Assembly: GCF_000010065.1 (NCBI RefSeq)
Contig: NC_006576.1
Span: 270,001-302,000 of the forward strand
Reading direction: 5' to 3'
DNA from: Synechococcus elongatus PCC 6301
GTDB lineage: Bacteria; Cyanobacteriota; Cyanobacteriia; Synechococcales; Synechococcaceae
DNA length: 32,000 bases
Of the stretch, positions 10,342 to 19,649 are shown one piece after another. The notes under the pieces were generated by a model. That model had not been told where the DNA came from and did not search any database. It worked only from the letters and a program-made list of their open reading frames with translations. Made by a program: the position numbers and the translations under genes. Every line of letters starts with the position of its first letter. The first letter of the stretch is position 1.

Positions 10342-12144
10342 TTGAACGATCTGTTTCGCCTCTGGTCTCACCTCGCGCCACGCCGACGGCGGCAGCTAAT
10401 TCTGTTGCAACTGCTGATTTTGGGTTCCAGTTTGGCGGAGCTAAGCAGTCTCGGGTCTATCCTGCCCTTTCTGACTGCTTTGGCCCAGCCCGAGCAATTA
10501 CTGCAGTATCGCTGGCTCCAACCGATCGCCCAGCGCCTCAGCATCGATAGTCCCAGAGAACTGATCCCTTGGGTGACGGGGGTGTTTGTTGCGACCGTCA
10601 TCATCAGTAATGGCCTACAGCTACTGACCCTAAACGTACGGGTGCGGCTAGCCTTCCGAATTGGCTCCGATCTCAGTCGAGCTGTGTTTCGCGGCATCCT
10701 TTACCAGCCCTATCCTTTCCATGTACGCCACAACAGCAGCAGCCTAATTGCGGAGATTACCCACGACGTCAATGGTGTGGTCTCCAGTGTGATTCAACCC
10801 CTGCTGCAACTCAATGCCAGTGTGGTGGTGATTGCAGCGTTGCTGACCGGGCTGTTACTCCTGACGCCTGAGTTGACGATTGCTGCAGCCTTAATTCTCG
10901 GTTCCACCTACAGTGCCGTCTATTGGCTCAATCGCCAACGCTTGCTCCGCTTTAGCCGCCTCAAATCTGAAAACTCGCGCCTTGTCCTCAAGATCCTGCA
11001 GGAGAGCTTGGGCGGTATCCGCGATGTTTTGCTGGATGGCAGTCAAGGTCTATTTGAGGATCTCTACCGCCGCTTCGACTACAACTATCGCCGCAGCCAA
11101 GAAGCTCGGATGCTGATTGCAGAGTCGCCGCGCTTCGTGATTACTGGGATCGCGATCGTCAGTATTGCCTTGATGGCCCAGATTTTAGCCAGCCAAGAAC
11201 GGGGATTTGCTGAGGCCTTACCGATTTTGGGAGGTTTTGCCCTCGGCTCCTATCGGCTGCTGTCGCCCTTACAGCAGGGATTCGCCGCGATCGCCACGAT
11301 CCGGTCCGATGCTATGGCCTTGAGTGCCGTGCTGACAGCCCTTGATCGCCCTTTACAGTCGTCCTCAACGGCAATCGCCCCGAGGCCCTTGACCCTAGAG
11401 CGATCGCTGCAATTTGAGTCTGTGCGTTTCCGCTATGGCGAGACAGGGCCTTGGATTCTCGATCAGCTCGACCTGACCATTCCGGCCTGTAGCACGGTGG
11501 CTTTTGTTGGCAGTACTGGCAGCGGCAAGAGCACCACCGCCGATTTAATTCTGGGATTGTTACAACCCGTTGAAGGCACGATTTGGATTGATGACCGCCC
11601 CCTGCAGTCCCCCGAGACGATTCGTGCTTGGCAACAGGCGATCGCCCATGTTCCTCAGTCGATTTTTCTGGCGGATGGCACGATCGCTGAGAACATTGCC
11701 TTTGGCATTCCTCCCAAACGGATTGATCGCGATCGCGTCAGGCAGGCTGCTGAGTGGGCACAGATTGCTGAGTTTATCGAGGCGCTACCGCGAGGCTACG
11801 ACGAAGCGATCGGTGAGCGTGGGGTTCGACTGAGCGGCGGTCAGCGGCAACGGATTGGCATTGCCCGGGCTCTCTATCGCCGTGCCTCCGTTTTAGTACT
11901 GGATGAGGCTACAAGCGCCTTGGACAATGCGACTGAAAGTGCCGTCATGGCAGCGTTGCAAGAACTCAGCCGCAATCTCACCGTTATCTTGATTGCTCAC
12001 CGCCTTTCGACAGTCGAGCGCTGCGATCGCATTTTTGAATTTTCTCAAGGCAAAGTGATCGCGAGCGGTACCTATGCGGAACTTCTGGAGCGATCGACCT
12101 CTTTCCAACGCTTAGCGCAGCACGATAGTGATTCTCTGGGATGA
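10342..12144 (+). CDS. ABC exporter, fused transmembrane and ATP-binding domains (MsbA/ABCB-like)
   Basis: N-terminal six-helix ABC_membrane region. Walker [10 protein letters not shown], signature LSGGQRQR, Walker [13 protein letters not shown]. The start is uncertain: TTG at 10342 with no early in-frame ATG. Confidence 0.85.
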   Translation: MNDLFRLWSHLAPRRRRQLILLQLLILGSSLAELSSLGSILPFLTALAQPEQLLQYRWLQPIAQRLSIDSPRELIPWVTGVFVATVIISNGLQLLTLNVRVRLAFRIGSDLSRAVFRGILYQPYPFHVRHNSSSLIAEITHDVNGVVSSVIQPLLQLNASVVVIAALLTGLLLLTPELTIAAALILGSTYSAVYWLNRQRLLRFSRLKSENSRLVLKILQESLGGIRDVLLDGSQGLFEDLYRRFDYNYRRSQEARMLIAESPRFVITGIAIVSIALMAQILASQERGFAEALPILGGFALGSYRLLSPLQQGFAAIATIRSDAMALSAVLTALDRPLQSSSTAIAPRPLTLERSLQFESVRFRYGETGPWILDQLDLTIPACSTVAFVGSTGSGKSTTADLILGLLQPVEGTIWIDDRPLQSPETIRAWQQAIAHVPQSIFLADGTIAENIAFGIPPKRIDRDRVRQAAEWAQIAEFIEALPRGYDEAIGERGVRLSGGQRQRIGIARALYRRASVLVLDEATSALDNATESAVMAALQELSRNLTVILIAHRLSTVERCDRIFEFSQGKVIASGTYAELLERSTSFQRLAQHDSDSLG

Positions 12145-12159
12145 AGCGAGGATCAACGA

Positions 12160-12752
12160 ACCAGCCATCCGTGACACATGGCAGGAATTAAGATTATTAG
12201 GACATGTGCGAGGAGAGAAGGATGCCGGCAGCCTACAGCAATGACCTGAGGGAGAAAGCGCTAGCAGCCGTCGCAGCAGGGGAGCGCAAAAGTCACGTCA
12301 GTCAGATATTCAACATCAGTCGCAACACCTTGGACCTGTGGATAAAACGCAAAGCTGAGACCGGCAGCGTCTCACCCCGTCGTTCTCGCCCCGGTCCTGC
12401 AGGAAAGATTAGAGACCTTGAAGCTTTTCGAACCTTTGTCGAGCAGCATGGTCATCTCACCCAAGAGCAAATGGCTGCACTCTGGCCAGAGCCCATCAGT
12501 AGTCAAACCTTGGGTCGTGCCTTGAAACGGATTGGGTTTACGCGCAAAAAAGAGTTACGGCTACCGCGAACGAGATGACCAGCAGAGAGAAGCGCTCATA
12601 GAAGCTAGCTCCAGCTATAGCGAAGCAGAGGGGGTCACCATCGATAAAGCCAGAGTGGATGACACCCAAGACTACCGATGGGGATAGACCGTCCAATTGT
12701 CCTAACCTGCTTGCAGCAAGGACATTGCATGGAGTGGAGCCTATCCATCTGC
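12160..12752 (+). mobile_element. truncated, decayed IS630-family insertion sequence remnant
   Basis: Carries only the N-terminal HTH part of an IS630/Tc1-type transposase plus a degenerate start of the catalytic domain. I found no right-end inverted repeat matching the left-flank sequence CCGTGACACATGGCAGG. About 0.6 kb is present, whereas I would expect roughly 1.1-1.2 kb for an intact element. Boundaries are approximate. Confidence 0.65.
12222..12687 (+). pseudogene. IS630-family transposase pseudogene (frameshifted in a poly-A run, then prematurely stopped)
   Basis: Frame 0 reads MPAAYSNDLREKALAAV...NISRNTLDLWIKRKAETGS...LKRIGFTRKK. After the A6 run at 12546-12551 the homologous reading continues in the +1 frame from 12556 (YGYRERDDQQREAL...VTIDKARVDDTQDYRWG) and stops at 12685-12687. 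The first catalytic DE is DK here. AGGAGAGAAGG precedes the ATG at 12222. Confidence 0.65.
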
Positions 12753-13724
12753 TTAAACCCCGACGACCGGCTGAGGGGCATCCAACTCCGGATCGGTGGT
12801 GGTTGATTCAGGGATTTGGATATCTGCCGCAATCCGCTGGCTTTCGGTCAACAGGTAGTCCAAGAAAGTGGCCGCGACGGTTGAGAGCTGCTTGCCTGCT
12901 GGATATACGGCGTGCCACTGACGATGGATGGGGAAACCTTCTACCTCAAACATCTTCAGCTCCGGCGTAGCTCCGGCTGAAGTCAGGGTGTGATAAGAGA
13001 GTACCGCTAGGCCCAAGCCACCTAAAATTGCCTGCTTGATCGCCTCATTGCTGCCGAGGTCAAGTTTGACGTTCAAATTGAGGTTATGAGCTGCAAACAG
13101 CTGTTCTGTCGCTTCGCGGGTGCCCGAACCACGTTCACGCAAGATGAAAGGCTCTTGCGCCAAACGCTCTAGGGAGATTCCCCGTTGGTTGGCCAGCGGG
13201 TGGGAGGCTGGCCCAACGACCACGAGGGGATTATCGAGAAATGGTTGCACAGTAATATCAAAGCCGCTCGGTGGACGGCTGAGTACGTAGAGATCATCAA
13301 GGTTGTCATTGATGCGATTGATCAAACCTTCGTGATTCGTCACTTTAAGGGAGACATTAATGCCGGGATAGCGCTGGCAAAAGGGTCCAATCAAGCGCGG
13401 GATAAAGTACTTGGCCGTGGTGATCACTGCTAGGCGCAGTTGACCTTGTTTCATGCCTTGCAGGTCCGCGATCGTCATGTCGAGCTGTTCCAATTGCTCA
13501 AACACCTGTCGCGTTGTTTTGTAGAGCTGACGCCCTGCCTCAGTCAGGTAAAGTCGCTTGCCGATTTGCTCGAACAGTGGCAAACCAACGGCCTTTGTCA
13601 GCTGCTTGACCTGAATGGAGACTGTTGGCTGAGTGAGATAGAGCTCCTCGGCTGCGCGCGTGAAGCTACTATGGCGAGCAGCGGCCTCAAACACTTTGAG
13701 TTGGTGCAGCGTTAGATTTTTCAC
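12753..13724 (-). CDS. cmpR: LysR-family transcriptional regulator of the CbbR/CmpR type
   Basis: N-terminal wHTH LHQLKVFEAAARHSSFTRAAEELYLTQPTVSIQVKQLTKAVGLPLFEQIGKRLYLTEAG is CbbR-like. Length is 323 aa with a GTG start. The cmpR symbol comes from my recollection of the S. elongatus CmpR sequence and length, and I have not verified it. Confidence 0.8.
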   Translation of the reverse strand: MKNLTLHQLKVFEAAARHSSFTRAAEELYLTQPTVSIQVKQLTKAVGLPLFEQIGKRLYLTEAGRQLYKTTRQVFEQLEQLDMTIADLQGMKQGQLRLAVITTAKYFIPRLIGPFCQRYPGINVSLKVTNHEGLINRINDNLDDLYVLSRPPSGFDITVQPFLDNPLVVVGPASHPLANQRGISLERLAQEPFILRERGSGTREATEQLFAAHNLNLNVKLDLGSNEAIKQAILGGLGLAVLSYHTLTSAGATPELKMFEVEGFPIHRQWHAVYPAGKQLSTVAATFLDYLLTESQRIAADIQIPESTTTDPELDAPQPVVGV

Positions 13725-13742
13725 AACTCAAATCACCATTCA

Positions 13743-13758
13743 ATAGATTTAAGTCTAT
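13743..13758. promoter_or_regulatory. imperfect inverted repeat ATAGA-N6-TCTAT, candidate LysR autoregulatory box
   Basis: ATAGATTTAAGTCTAT is a 14-of-16 palindrome located 19-34 bp upstream of the regulator's GTG, in a 70-bp AT-rich spacer. It overlaps a TTA-N10-TAA arrangement, loosely like the TTA-N7/8-TAA sites I recall being reported for CmpR/CbbR. Confidence 0.35.
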
Positions 13759-13794
13759 CTTTAATTCGTTGTTTTTAGAATTTTCTCTATATAT

Positions 13795-14727
13795 CTACGA
13801 CATAAGCAAAGTCGATGATTGGCGATCGCTGGAGGGTTGTAACGGAGCAATGCCTGCCTGATCGAGAATGGCTGGAATCAAGTCTTCTCTCCGCACCGCC
13901 ATTAAGTGCACGCCTTGACAGAGTTGCTGCGCCCAACGAACCTGTTCAGCCGCGTTCGCAATCCCTTCCGCCAATGGATCCGCTGCCGCTGCGAGGCGAT
14001 CGATGATCGTCTGGGGAATCTGCACCCCTGGCACATTGCGGTTGATAAACTCCGCATTCTTAGCGGACTTGAGTAGAAAAATACCGGCCAGTACTGGGCG
14101 ACCGCTAGGCCGTGCAATCTGCTCCATGAAGCGATCGAGGCGATCGAAATCACAAATTAGCTGACTCTGGAAGAACTGCGCGCCAGCGTCTACCTTGCGC
14201 CAGAACCGGCGCTCTAGTCCGGACCAGCTCTTCAGTTGCGGATCGACAGCTGCACCCACAAACAGATCACTAGCGCCATCGGGCAAGGATTTCTCGTGGA
14301 TATCCAGTCCGCTGTTCAGCTTTTGGATGAGCTGCAGCAAGCGGACAGACTCTAGCTCAAACACTGCCCGGGCTTCGGGACTGTCACCCGCCTTCACCGG
14401 ATCGCCAGTCAACGCCAGAATGTTGTCCAGACCCAGCGCTTGTGCTCCCAACAAATCCGCTTGCAGGGCAATACGATTGCGATCGCGGCAGGCAAACTGG
14501 CAGATCGGTTCAATCCCCTGTTGACGCAGGAGCGCTGTGGCAGCCAAAGCAGACATGCGCATGACGGCCCGACTGCCATCGGTAATGTTGATGGCATGAA
14601 CCCGCGATCGCAGCAATTCGGCATGAGCCAACATTCCGCTGGGATCGGCACCTTTGGGCGGCGCTACCTCAGCGGTGATTAAAAACTCACCGGCGGCGAC
14701 CGCTTCCCGAAAACGACGCATGTTCAT
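13795..14727 (-). CDS. metF: methylenetetrahydrofolate reductase
   Basis: MTHFR family blocks: FLITAEVAPPKG, INITDGSRAVMRMS, ACRDRNRIALQADLLGA, LALTGDP. Its ATG overlaps the trpS stop in an ATGA arrangement. Confidence 0.88.
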   Translation of the reverse strand: MNMRRFREAVAAGEFLITAEVAPPKGADPSGMLAHAELLRSRVHAINITDGSRAVMRMSALAATALLRQQGIEPICQFACRDRNRIALQADLLGAQALGLDNILALTGDPVKAGDSPEARAVFELESVRLLQLIQKLNSGLDIHEKSLPDGASDLFVGAAVDPQLKSWSGLERRFWRKVDAGAQFFQSQLICDFDRLDRFMEQIARPSGRPVLAGIFLLKSAKNAEFINRNVPGVQIPQTIIDRLAAAADPLAEGIANAAEQVRWAQQLCQGVHLMAVRREDLIPAILDQAGIAPLQPSSDRQSSTLLMS

Positions 14728-15737
14728 GCCACGGGCCGACTAAAACCAAGGGCATCTTGGACACGGCGCAATGTAGCATTTGCCACTTCACTGGCCCGTT
14801 CTCGGCCTTGCTTCAGCACACTATCCAGGTAGCCCGGCTCCGATCGCACTTCTTCGTATTTGGTCTGGATCGGACGCAGGGCTTCGATCGCCGCTTCTGC
14901 CAACAGCGGCTTGAATTGCCCCCAGCCCATGTCGGCACATTCTGCGGCAACAGTCTCGCGACTACGGCCACTCAGGATCGCGTAGAGGCTCAACAGGTTA
15001 TTGCACTCGGGGCGATCGGGGTTGTCGAACTCCAGCCCACGCTGGGGATCGGTCTTACAACGCTTGACCTTCTTCTCAATCAACTCGGGCGGATCGAGCA
15101 AGTTGATCCGGCTTAGTTCAGTCGGATCGGACTTCGACATTTTCTTGGTGCCATCGGTCAGACTCATCACCCGCGCACCTGCCTTGGGAATCAATGGCTC
15201 CGGCAATTTAAAGATCGGGGTGTCATCACGACCGAACAGGTGATTGATGCGAACCGCAATGTCGCGGGTCAACTCCAAGTGTTGCTTTTGGTCTTCGCCC
15301 ACCGGCACGCGATCGGCATCGTAGAGCAGAATATCTGCTGCCATCAGCACGGGGTAATCCAAGAGCCCCGTCGAGACGTTCTCACCCTGTTTCAGCGCTT
15401 TTTCTTTGAACTGGATCATCCCCTCTAGCCAGTTAAGTGGAGTGATGCAATTCAGGAGCCAAGTGAGCTCACTGTGTGCAGGCACATGAGACTGGACAAA
15501 AATGGTGGAGCAGCTCAGGTCAATCCCGCAGGCGAGATAGAGCGCCGCCGTCCGATAGGTGTTTTCGGCTAAGCTAGCGGCCTCATGCGGCACCGTGATC
15601 GCATGCAGATCAACCACACAGAAAAAGTTGTCGTACTGCTGTTGGCCTTCGACCCAATTGCGAATCGCCCCGAGATAGTTGCCGAGGTGCAAGTTGCCGG
15701 TCGGTTGAACGCCGGAAAGAACGCGGGGCTTCCCCAT
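14724..15737 (-). CDS. trpS: tryptophan--tRNA ligase
   Basis: Class I motifs: HIGH-type GVQPTGNLHLGNYLGA and KMSKS (TKKMSKSDP). I prefer the ATG at 15737 (MGKPRVLSG) over the upstream extension to 15791. Confidence 0.92.
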   Translation of the reverse strand: MGKPRVLSGVQPTGNLHLGNYLGAIRNWVEGQQQYDNFFCVVDLHAITVPHEAASLAENTYRTAALYLACGIDLSCSTIFVQSHVPAHSELTWLLNCITPLNWLEGMIQFKEKALKQGENVSTGLLDYPVLMAADILLYDADRVPVGEDQKQHLELTRDIAVRINHLFGRDDTPIFKLPEPLIPKAGARVMSLTDGTKKMSKSDPTELSRINLLDPPELIEKKVKRCKTDPQRGLEFDNPDRPECNNLLSLYAILSGRSRETVAAECADMGWGQFKPLLAEAAIEALRPIQTKYEEVRSEPGYLDSVLKQGRERASEVANATLRRVQDALGFSRPVA

Positions 15738-15803
15738 GGGGCAGGCAGAGTCCAAATGGCTACAAAGGACTATTGTGCCTGAGGATTTCACTGCACCCGC
15801 ACC

Positions 15804-16619
15804 TTAGTCTTGCTGGCTGGCAAACTGCTTAGCACCCAAGGCTGCCAAACTCGTGGCCAACAGCACCAGAATCAGCAAGCTGTACCAAGGGTAATTGGCG
15901 GGATTGTAGGCCGCTGCTCGCAGCCCCAAGTTGGTGTACGTCAGGGGCATCAGGTAGACCGCTGCTTTGAGAACGATCGGCAGTTGCGCCGGATCAAAGA
16001 AGGTCGCACCCAAGAAGGACATCGGCACGATTAAGAAGTTGTTGTAGAGACCCACGGTTTCCAAGGACTTGACTCGCAAGCCGACCAAGACACCAATTCC
16101 GGCAAAAGTGGCGCAGTTGAGTACCAACGTCAGCAAGAACAGGGGGTTCAGGAAGCCCCAACTGCCAGTCGCCAGAATTGCGATCGCTAGCAGCGAAACC
16201 GAAGTCAGCAGCCCACGCACGACGCCCGCGATCATTTTGCCGATGTGCAGCGCCAGCGGATGAACTGGGAGGAGCAGTGTTTCTTCAAAAGTTTTGCTGA
16301 ATAGTCGCTCGCCGCAGATCGAAAAAGTGGTGCCGCCAAAGCTAATCGCCATCGACGACAGCGCCACCATGCCTGGCAGGATGAATTCTAAGTAGCTGTT
16401 GTAGCCGCTAGGCAGCCCAGAACCTGGACGCAGGGAACTCCCCAGGCCAAAGCCAAAAGCCACGATATAGATCAATGGTGAGACCAAACCAGAGGAAACA
16501 ATCTGGGTAATGCGCACCCGGAGATCGAGCCAGTCTCCCCAGAAGACGGTCAGGCTGTCTTGCCAAATCAAAGCCAAGGGCGATCGCGGCGCTGCAGTCG
16601 AAGCGAGGAGACTACTCAT
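15804..16619 (-). CDS. ABC-2 type transporter permease (ycf38-like)
   Basis: 271-aa protein with about six TM helices and ABC-2 membrane-family character. There is no cognate ATPase gene next to it. Same strand as trpS, 66 nt upstream of it. Confidence 0.75.
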   Translation of the reverse strand: MSSLLASTAAPRSPLALIWQDSLTVFWGDWLDLRVRITQIVSSGLVSPLIYIVAFGFGLGSSLRPGSGLPSGYNSYLEFILPGMVALSSMAISFGGTTFSICGERLFSKTFEETLLLPVHPLALHIGKMIAGVVRGLLTSVSLLAIAILATGSWGFLNPLFLLTLVLNCATFAGIGVLVGLRVKSLETVGLYNNFLIVPMSFLGATFFDPAQLPIVLKAAVYLMPLTYTNLGLRAAAYNPANYPWYSLLILVLLATSLAALGAKQFASQQD

Positions 16620-16717
16620 GAGGTTCAGGGAACAATCGTGCTAAACCAGTACTCAGATCAGGATACGGTGCGTTCTTGGCCGCACCTCTCACTCTGCAGT
16701 TGCCAACGAGGCTTTGC

Positions 16718-17278
16718 ATGCGTCGCCGTCCTTCCCCTCCTTCCTACCCCAGCCGCTACTCGGAGCCGCCGAGCCGCCCGCCTCAGCAGCCCCAGAACAA
16801 AAATCCTTTCGACTTGATGACCTTGTCGATTCTAGGTGGTGTGCTGATCATCGGAATCGGGATTGGCTCGGTGATTACGTCCAACCTAAGCTTCTCGCCA
16901 GAGAACGTCGTTTCGCGGGAAGCCTTAGATCAGCAGGCTCCCGATCGCGATATCTGTGTGCAGTACGGTGCCAGTGCTGTCGCGATGGACATGCGCGTCT
17001 TTATGACCCTCAATCCGTTTAGCGTCTATGTGTCGCAGCCGGTGATGCAGCCGGGTTGTGTGATTCGGCGGAATAACTGGGCCGTGCTCGAGCAACAGGG
17101 AGCCGTCAGCGGAAACGATGTGCGCGACTGCAAAAACCGGATGAATACCTTTGCCTATACAGGGACGCTGCGCAGCAAACCGGCTGTGAATTGCGTCTAT
17201 CAAAACGACGCTGCTCAGAACCTCTTCCTCTCGCCGGGTGGGGCCGAGCAATCGCCTAACGAAAGCAACCAGTTCTAA
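16718..17278 (+). CDS. conserved cyanobacterial membrane protein (DUF3172-like, from memory)
   Basis: Pro-rich N-terminus and a single TM (LSILGGVLIIGIGIGSVITS). The extracytoplasmic domain has 4 Cys and the motifs QPGC and NTFAYTG. I prefer the ATG at 16718 over the TTG at 16676. Confidence 0.6.
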   Translation: MRRRPSPPSYPSRYSEPPSRPPQQPQNKNPFDLMTLSILGGVLIIGIGIGSVITSNLSFSPENVVSREALDQQAPDRDICVQYGASAVAMDMRVFMTLNPFSVYVSQPVMQPGCVIRRNNWAVLEQQGAVSGNDVRDCKNRMNTFAYTGTLRSKPAVNCVYQNDAAQNLFLSPGGAEQSPNESNQF

Positions 17279-17299
17279 AGCGGCAGCTGAGGTTTAATG

Positions 17300-17328
17300 C
17301 AAGGGGCTATTGCCCCTTGTCTGCTTTT
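17300..17328 (+). terminator. intrinsic terminator after the DUF3172-like gene
   Basis: Stem CAAGGGGC (17300-17307) / GCCCCTTG (17312-17319) with loop TATT, followed by TCTGCTTTT. Confidence 0.75.
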
Positions 17329-17355
17329 GAGACTTGTGAGACCTGCGATCGCTCC

Positions 17356-18966
17356 ATGACTCTTCTGTCCATCGATCAACTTTCGGTGACCTATCCGGGC
17401 TCAGAGCAACCGGCTCTCCAGCAGCTATCGCTGGAGCTAGCTGCGGGTGAACGCTTGGGGTTAGTCGGTGAGTCAGGGTGCGGCAAGAGTACGCTGGGGC
17501 GCGCCATTCTGCGATTGTTACCGCCCGGCAGCCACCAGCAAGGAGACATTCGCCTCGCGGGGCAAGCACTCGGTCAACTTCAGGGGCGATCGCTCCAACG
17601 GTTCCGTGGCGGCCAAGTAGGGCTGGTCTTCCAAGATCCGATGACGCGCCTCGATCCGCTGCAGACGATTGGCGATCACCTGCTAGAAACGCTACAAGTC
17701 CACCGACCACACCTCAGCCGCCGCCAAGCCAAACAGCAGGCTCTGAGCTGGCTTGAACGAGTACGGATTCCTGCCAATCGCTGGTCCCAGTATCCGCATC
17801 AGTTTAGTGGCGGCATGCGGCAACGCGTGGCGATCGCGCTGGCTCTCCTCTTGCAACCGCGTCTCGTGGTTGCTGATGAGCCCACCACTAGTTTGGATGT
17901 GACGGTCGCGGCGGAAATTTTGCAGGAGCTGACGCGCCTCTGTAGCGAAGAAAATACCAGTCTGCTGCTGATTTCCCACGATTTACCAATGGTGGCCGCT
18001 TACTGCGATCGCATTGCAGTGCTTTATCAAGGGCAATTGGTGGAAACTGGTCCAACCACAGCCGTGCTGACTCGGCCTCAGCATCCCTATACGCAAACCC
18101 TGCTGCAATCTGCCCGAGCTGCGATCGCGTCATCCCCATCAACGCTTCCTGCCACCACACCGCTGCTGCAACTAGAGAACGTCACCCAACATTTTCGTGT
18201 TGCTCAATCTTGGCTGCAGGGCTGGCGCGGCGGTGGTGAGATTGTGCGGGCAGTAGATGGCCTGAGTTTAGAAGTCTGGCCCGGCGAAACCCTCGGACTG
18301 ATTGGGGAATCAGGCTGCGGTAAAAGCACGTTGTTGCGTACCATCCTGCAACTCCTTCGTCCCAGTCAGGGTAAAGTGCTGTTTCAAGGGCAGGATCTGA
18401 CGCAATTGCCCGATCGCCGTCTGCGATCGCTGCGGCGTGAACTGCAGCTGATCTTTCAAGATCCGGCGGCTTGCCTCAACCCTCGCCTCACGATTGGCGA
18501 TGCAATCGCCGATCCCCTCAAGATTCAAGGGCTGGCTCGCGGCGCTGCGGCCAAGCAACAAGTGCTGGCGATTTTGGAACAGGTCGGTCTGACGCCCGCT
18601 CCCACTTGGGTCGATCGCTATCCCCATCAACTCTCCGGTGGACAGCAACAGCGAGTTGCGATCGCCCGAGCGTTGATTACCCGCCCCAAACTTGTCCTCT
18701 GCGATGAGCCGGTCAGCATGTTAGATGCCACGGTACAGGCTCAAGTGCTTGCGCTCATGCAGGAACTGAAGCAGCAACTCAACCTCACTTACTTATTTGT
18801 CACGCATGACCTACGGGTAGCGCGGGAATTTTGCGATCGTGTCGCGGTTTTGCAGCGCGGGAAAATCGTCGAAATTGGCCCTGCTGCCCAGGTGTTGACA
18901 CAACCTGAACATCCCTACACGCGATCGCTGCTGGCTTCGCTACCGGAGTTGCCGATCGCAATTTGA
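17356..18966 (+). CDS. ABC transporter ATP-binding protein with duplicated ATPase domains (DppD/DppF-OppD/F type fusion)
   Basis: Two complete cassettes: GESGCGKST twice, FSGGMRQR and LSGGQQQR, VVADEPTTSLD and VLCDEPVSMLD. C-terminal oligopeptide-type tails (PQHPYTQ, PEHPYTR). There is no adjacent permease or binding-protein gene. ATG at 17356. Confidence 0.85.
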   Translation: MTLLSIDQLSVTYPGSEQPALQQLSLELAAGERLGLVGESGCGKSTLGRAILRLLPPGSHQQGDIRLAGQALGQLQGRSLQRFRGGQVGLVFQDPMTRLDPLQTIGDHLLETLQVHRPHLSRRQAKQQALSWLERVRIPANRWSQYPHQFSGGMRQRVAIALALLLQPRLVVADEPTTSLDVTVAAEILQELTRLCSEENTSLLLISHDLPMVAAYCDRIAVLYQGQLVETGPTTAVLTRPQHPYTQTLLQSARAAIASSPSTLPATTPLLQLENVTQHFRVAQSWLQGWRGGGEIVRAVDGLSLEVWPGETLGLIGESGCGKSTLLRTILQLLRPSQGKVLFQGQDLTQLPDRRLRSLRRELQLIFQDPAACLNPRLTIGDAIADPLKIQGLARGAAAKQQVLAILEQVGLTPAPTWVDRYPHQLSGGQQQRVAIARALITRPKLVLCDEPVSMLDATVQAQVLALMQELKQQLNLTYLFVTHDLRVAREFCDRVAVLQRGKIVEIGPAAQVLTQPEHPYTRSLLASLPELPIAI

Positions 18967-19061
18967 ACTCGAAGTTACATCTTTGGGGATCAACGCTGGT
19001 AGTATCTTTGCCAGCTCTCGCGACTCAGGGTCAGCATTAACCACTTTGTATTCTGAGGTTT

Positions 19062-19640
19062 ATGGCAATGCCGCCAGCTACAACGGATAAGACAACTGCT
19101 CGCTTTCGTCCAGCCTCTGATTTCCCTCGTTCGATCACCGGCTTGAAACAGGAGAAGGCTGAGGCGATCTACTTAGAGCTGCGTGACTGTCTCATTTTCA
19201 CTAACCGTAGTCGTGGCCAACTGACTCGGCGCAATCAGGAATACAAAAACAAAGCGATGCAGCTGCAGTCGGATGTGCAGCGCCTTCAATCCCTGATTGA
19301 AAAGTTGGAAGTTGACAAGCTTCAGATCGAAGCCAGTAAGCGGCAAGTCATTTCCGAGCTACAGGCTGAATTTGCTACTGTCTCCCAACATCTTGATGAG
19401 CTATCAAGTGCCTTTGATGAGATTCAAGATTTTGAGAACTTACTCAAGAGCCCTACAGGCTTGATTAGTGCTACACCTCGCTTGATTAAATTTCTGCGCC
19501 GGATTGTCACCATCGTGCGCTTTTGGCGGCGACCTGATGATTCCCAACCAACCCTGACAGGCACGGAGCAGGATCGTCGCGATCGCCCGCAGATGTACGA
19601 CGATCCCGAATCCAATGGGCGTTCGCTCCTCGATCGCTAG
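19062..19640 (+). CDS. hypothetical coiled-coil protein
   Basis: 192-aa ORF. The central part is heptad-like (NQEYKNKAMQLQSDVQRLQSLIEKLEVDKLQIEASKRQVISELQ), followed by a basic amphipathic segment LIKFLRRIVTIVRFWRR. GAGG lies 3 to 9 nt upstream of the ATGs at 19062 and 19068. I recognise no family. Confidence 0.55.
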   Translation: MAMPPATTDKTTARFRPASDFPRSITGLKQEKAEAIYLELRDCLIFTNRSRGQLTRRNQEYKNKAMQLQSDVQRLQSLIEKLEVDKLQIEASKRQVISELQAEFATVSQHLDELSSAFDEIQDFENLLKSPTGLISATPRLIKFLRRIVTIVRFWRRPDDSQPTLTGTEQDRRDRPQMYDDPESNGRSLLDR

Positions 19641-19649
19641 GATTGAACG

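Noticed and set aside
12546-12552. A6G run in the IS630 transposase as a programmed ribosomal frameshift site
   Set aside because: The zero frame reads AAA AAA GAG, so the run is not in the X XXY YYZ register needed for a -1 slip. The downstream frame is +1 and stops after 43 codons with a degenerate catalytic region. A mutational indel in a decaying element is the simpler explanation.
17294-17710. 138-aa - strand ORF spanning the terminator and the start of the double-ATPase gene
   Set aside because: It overlaps a clear intrinsic terminator and the Walker A region of a bona fide ABC gene on the other strand, with shadow-ORF composition.
18974-18991. HLR1-like (RpaB) half-site GTTACATC upstream of the 19062 gene
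   Set aside because: The second direct repeat expected 2 nt downstream reads TGGGGATC and does not match (G/T)TTACA(T/A)(T/A). A single half-site is expected by chance.
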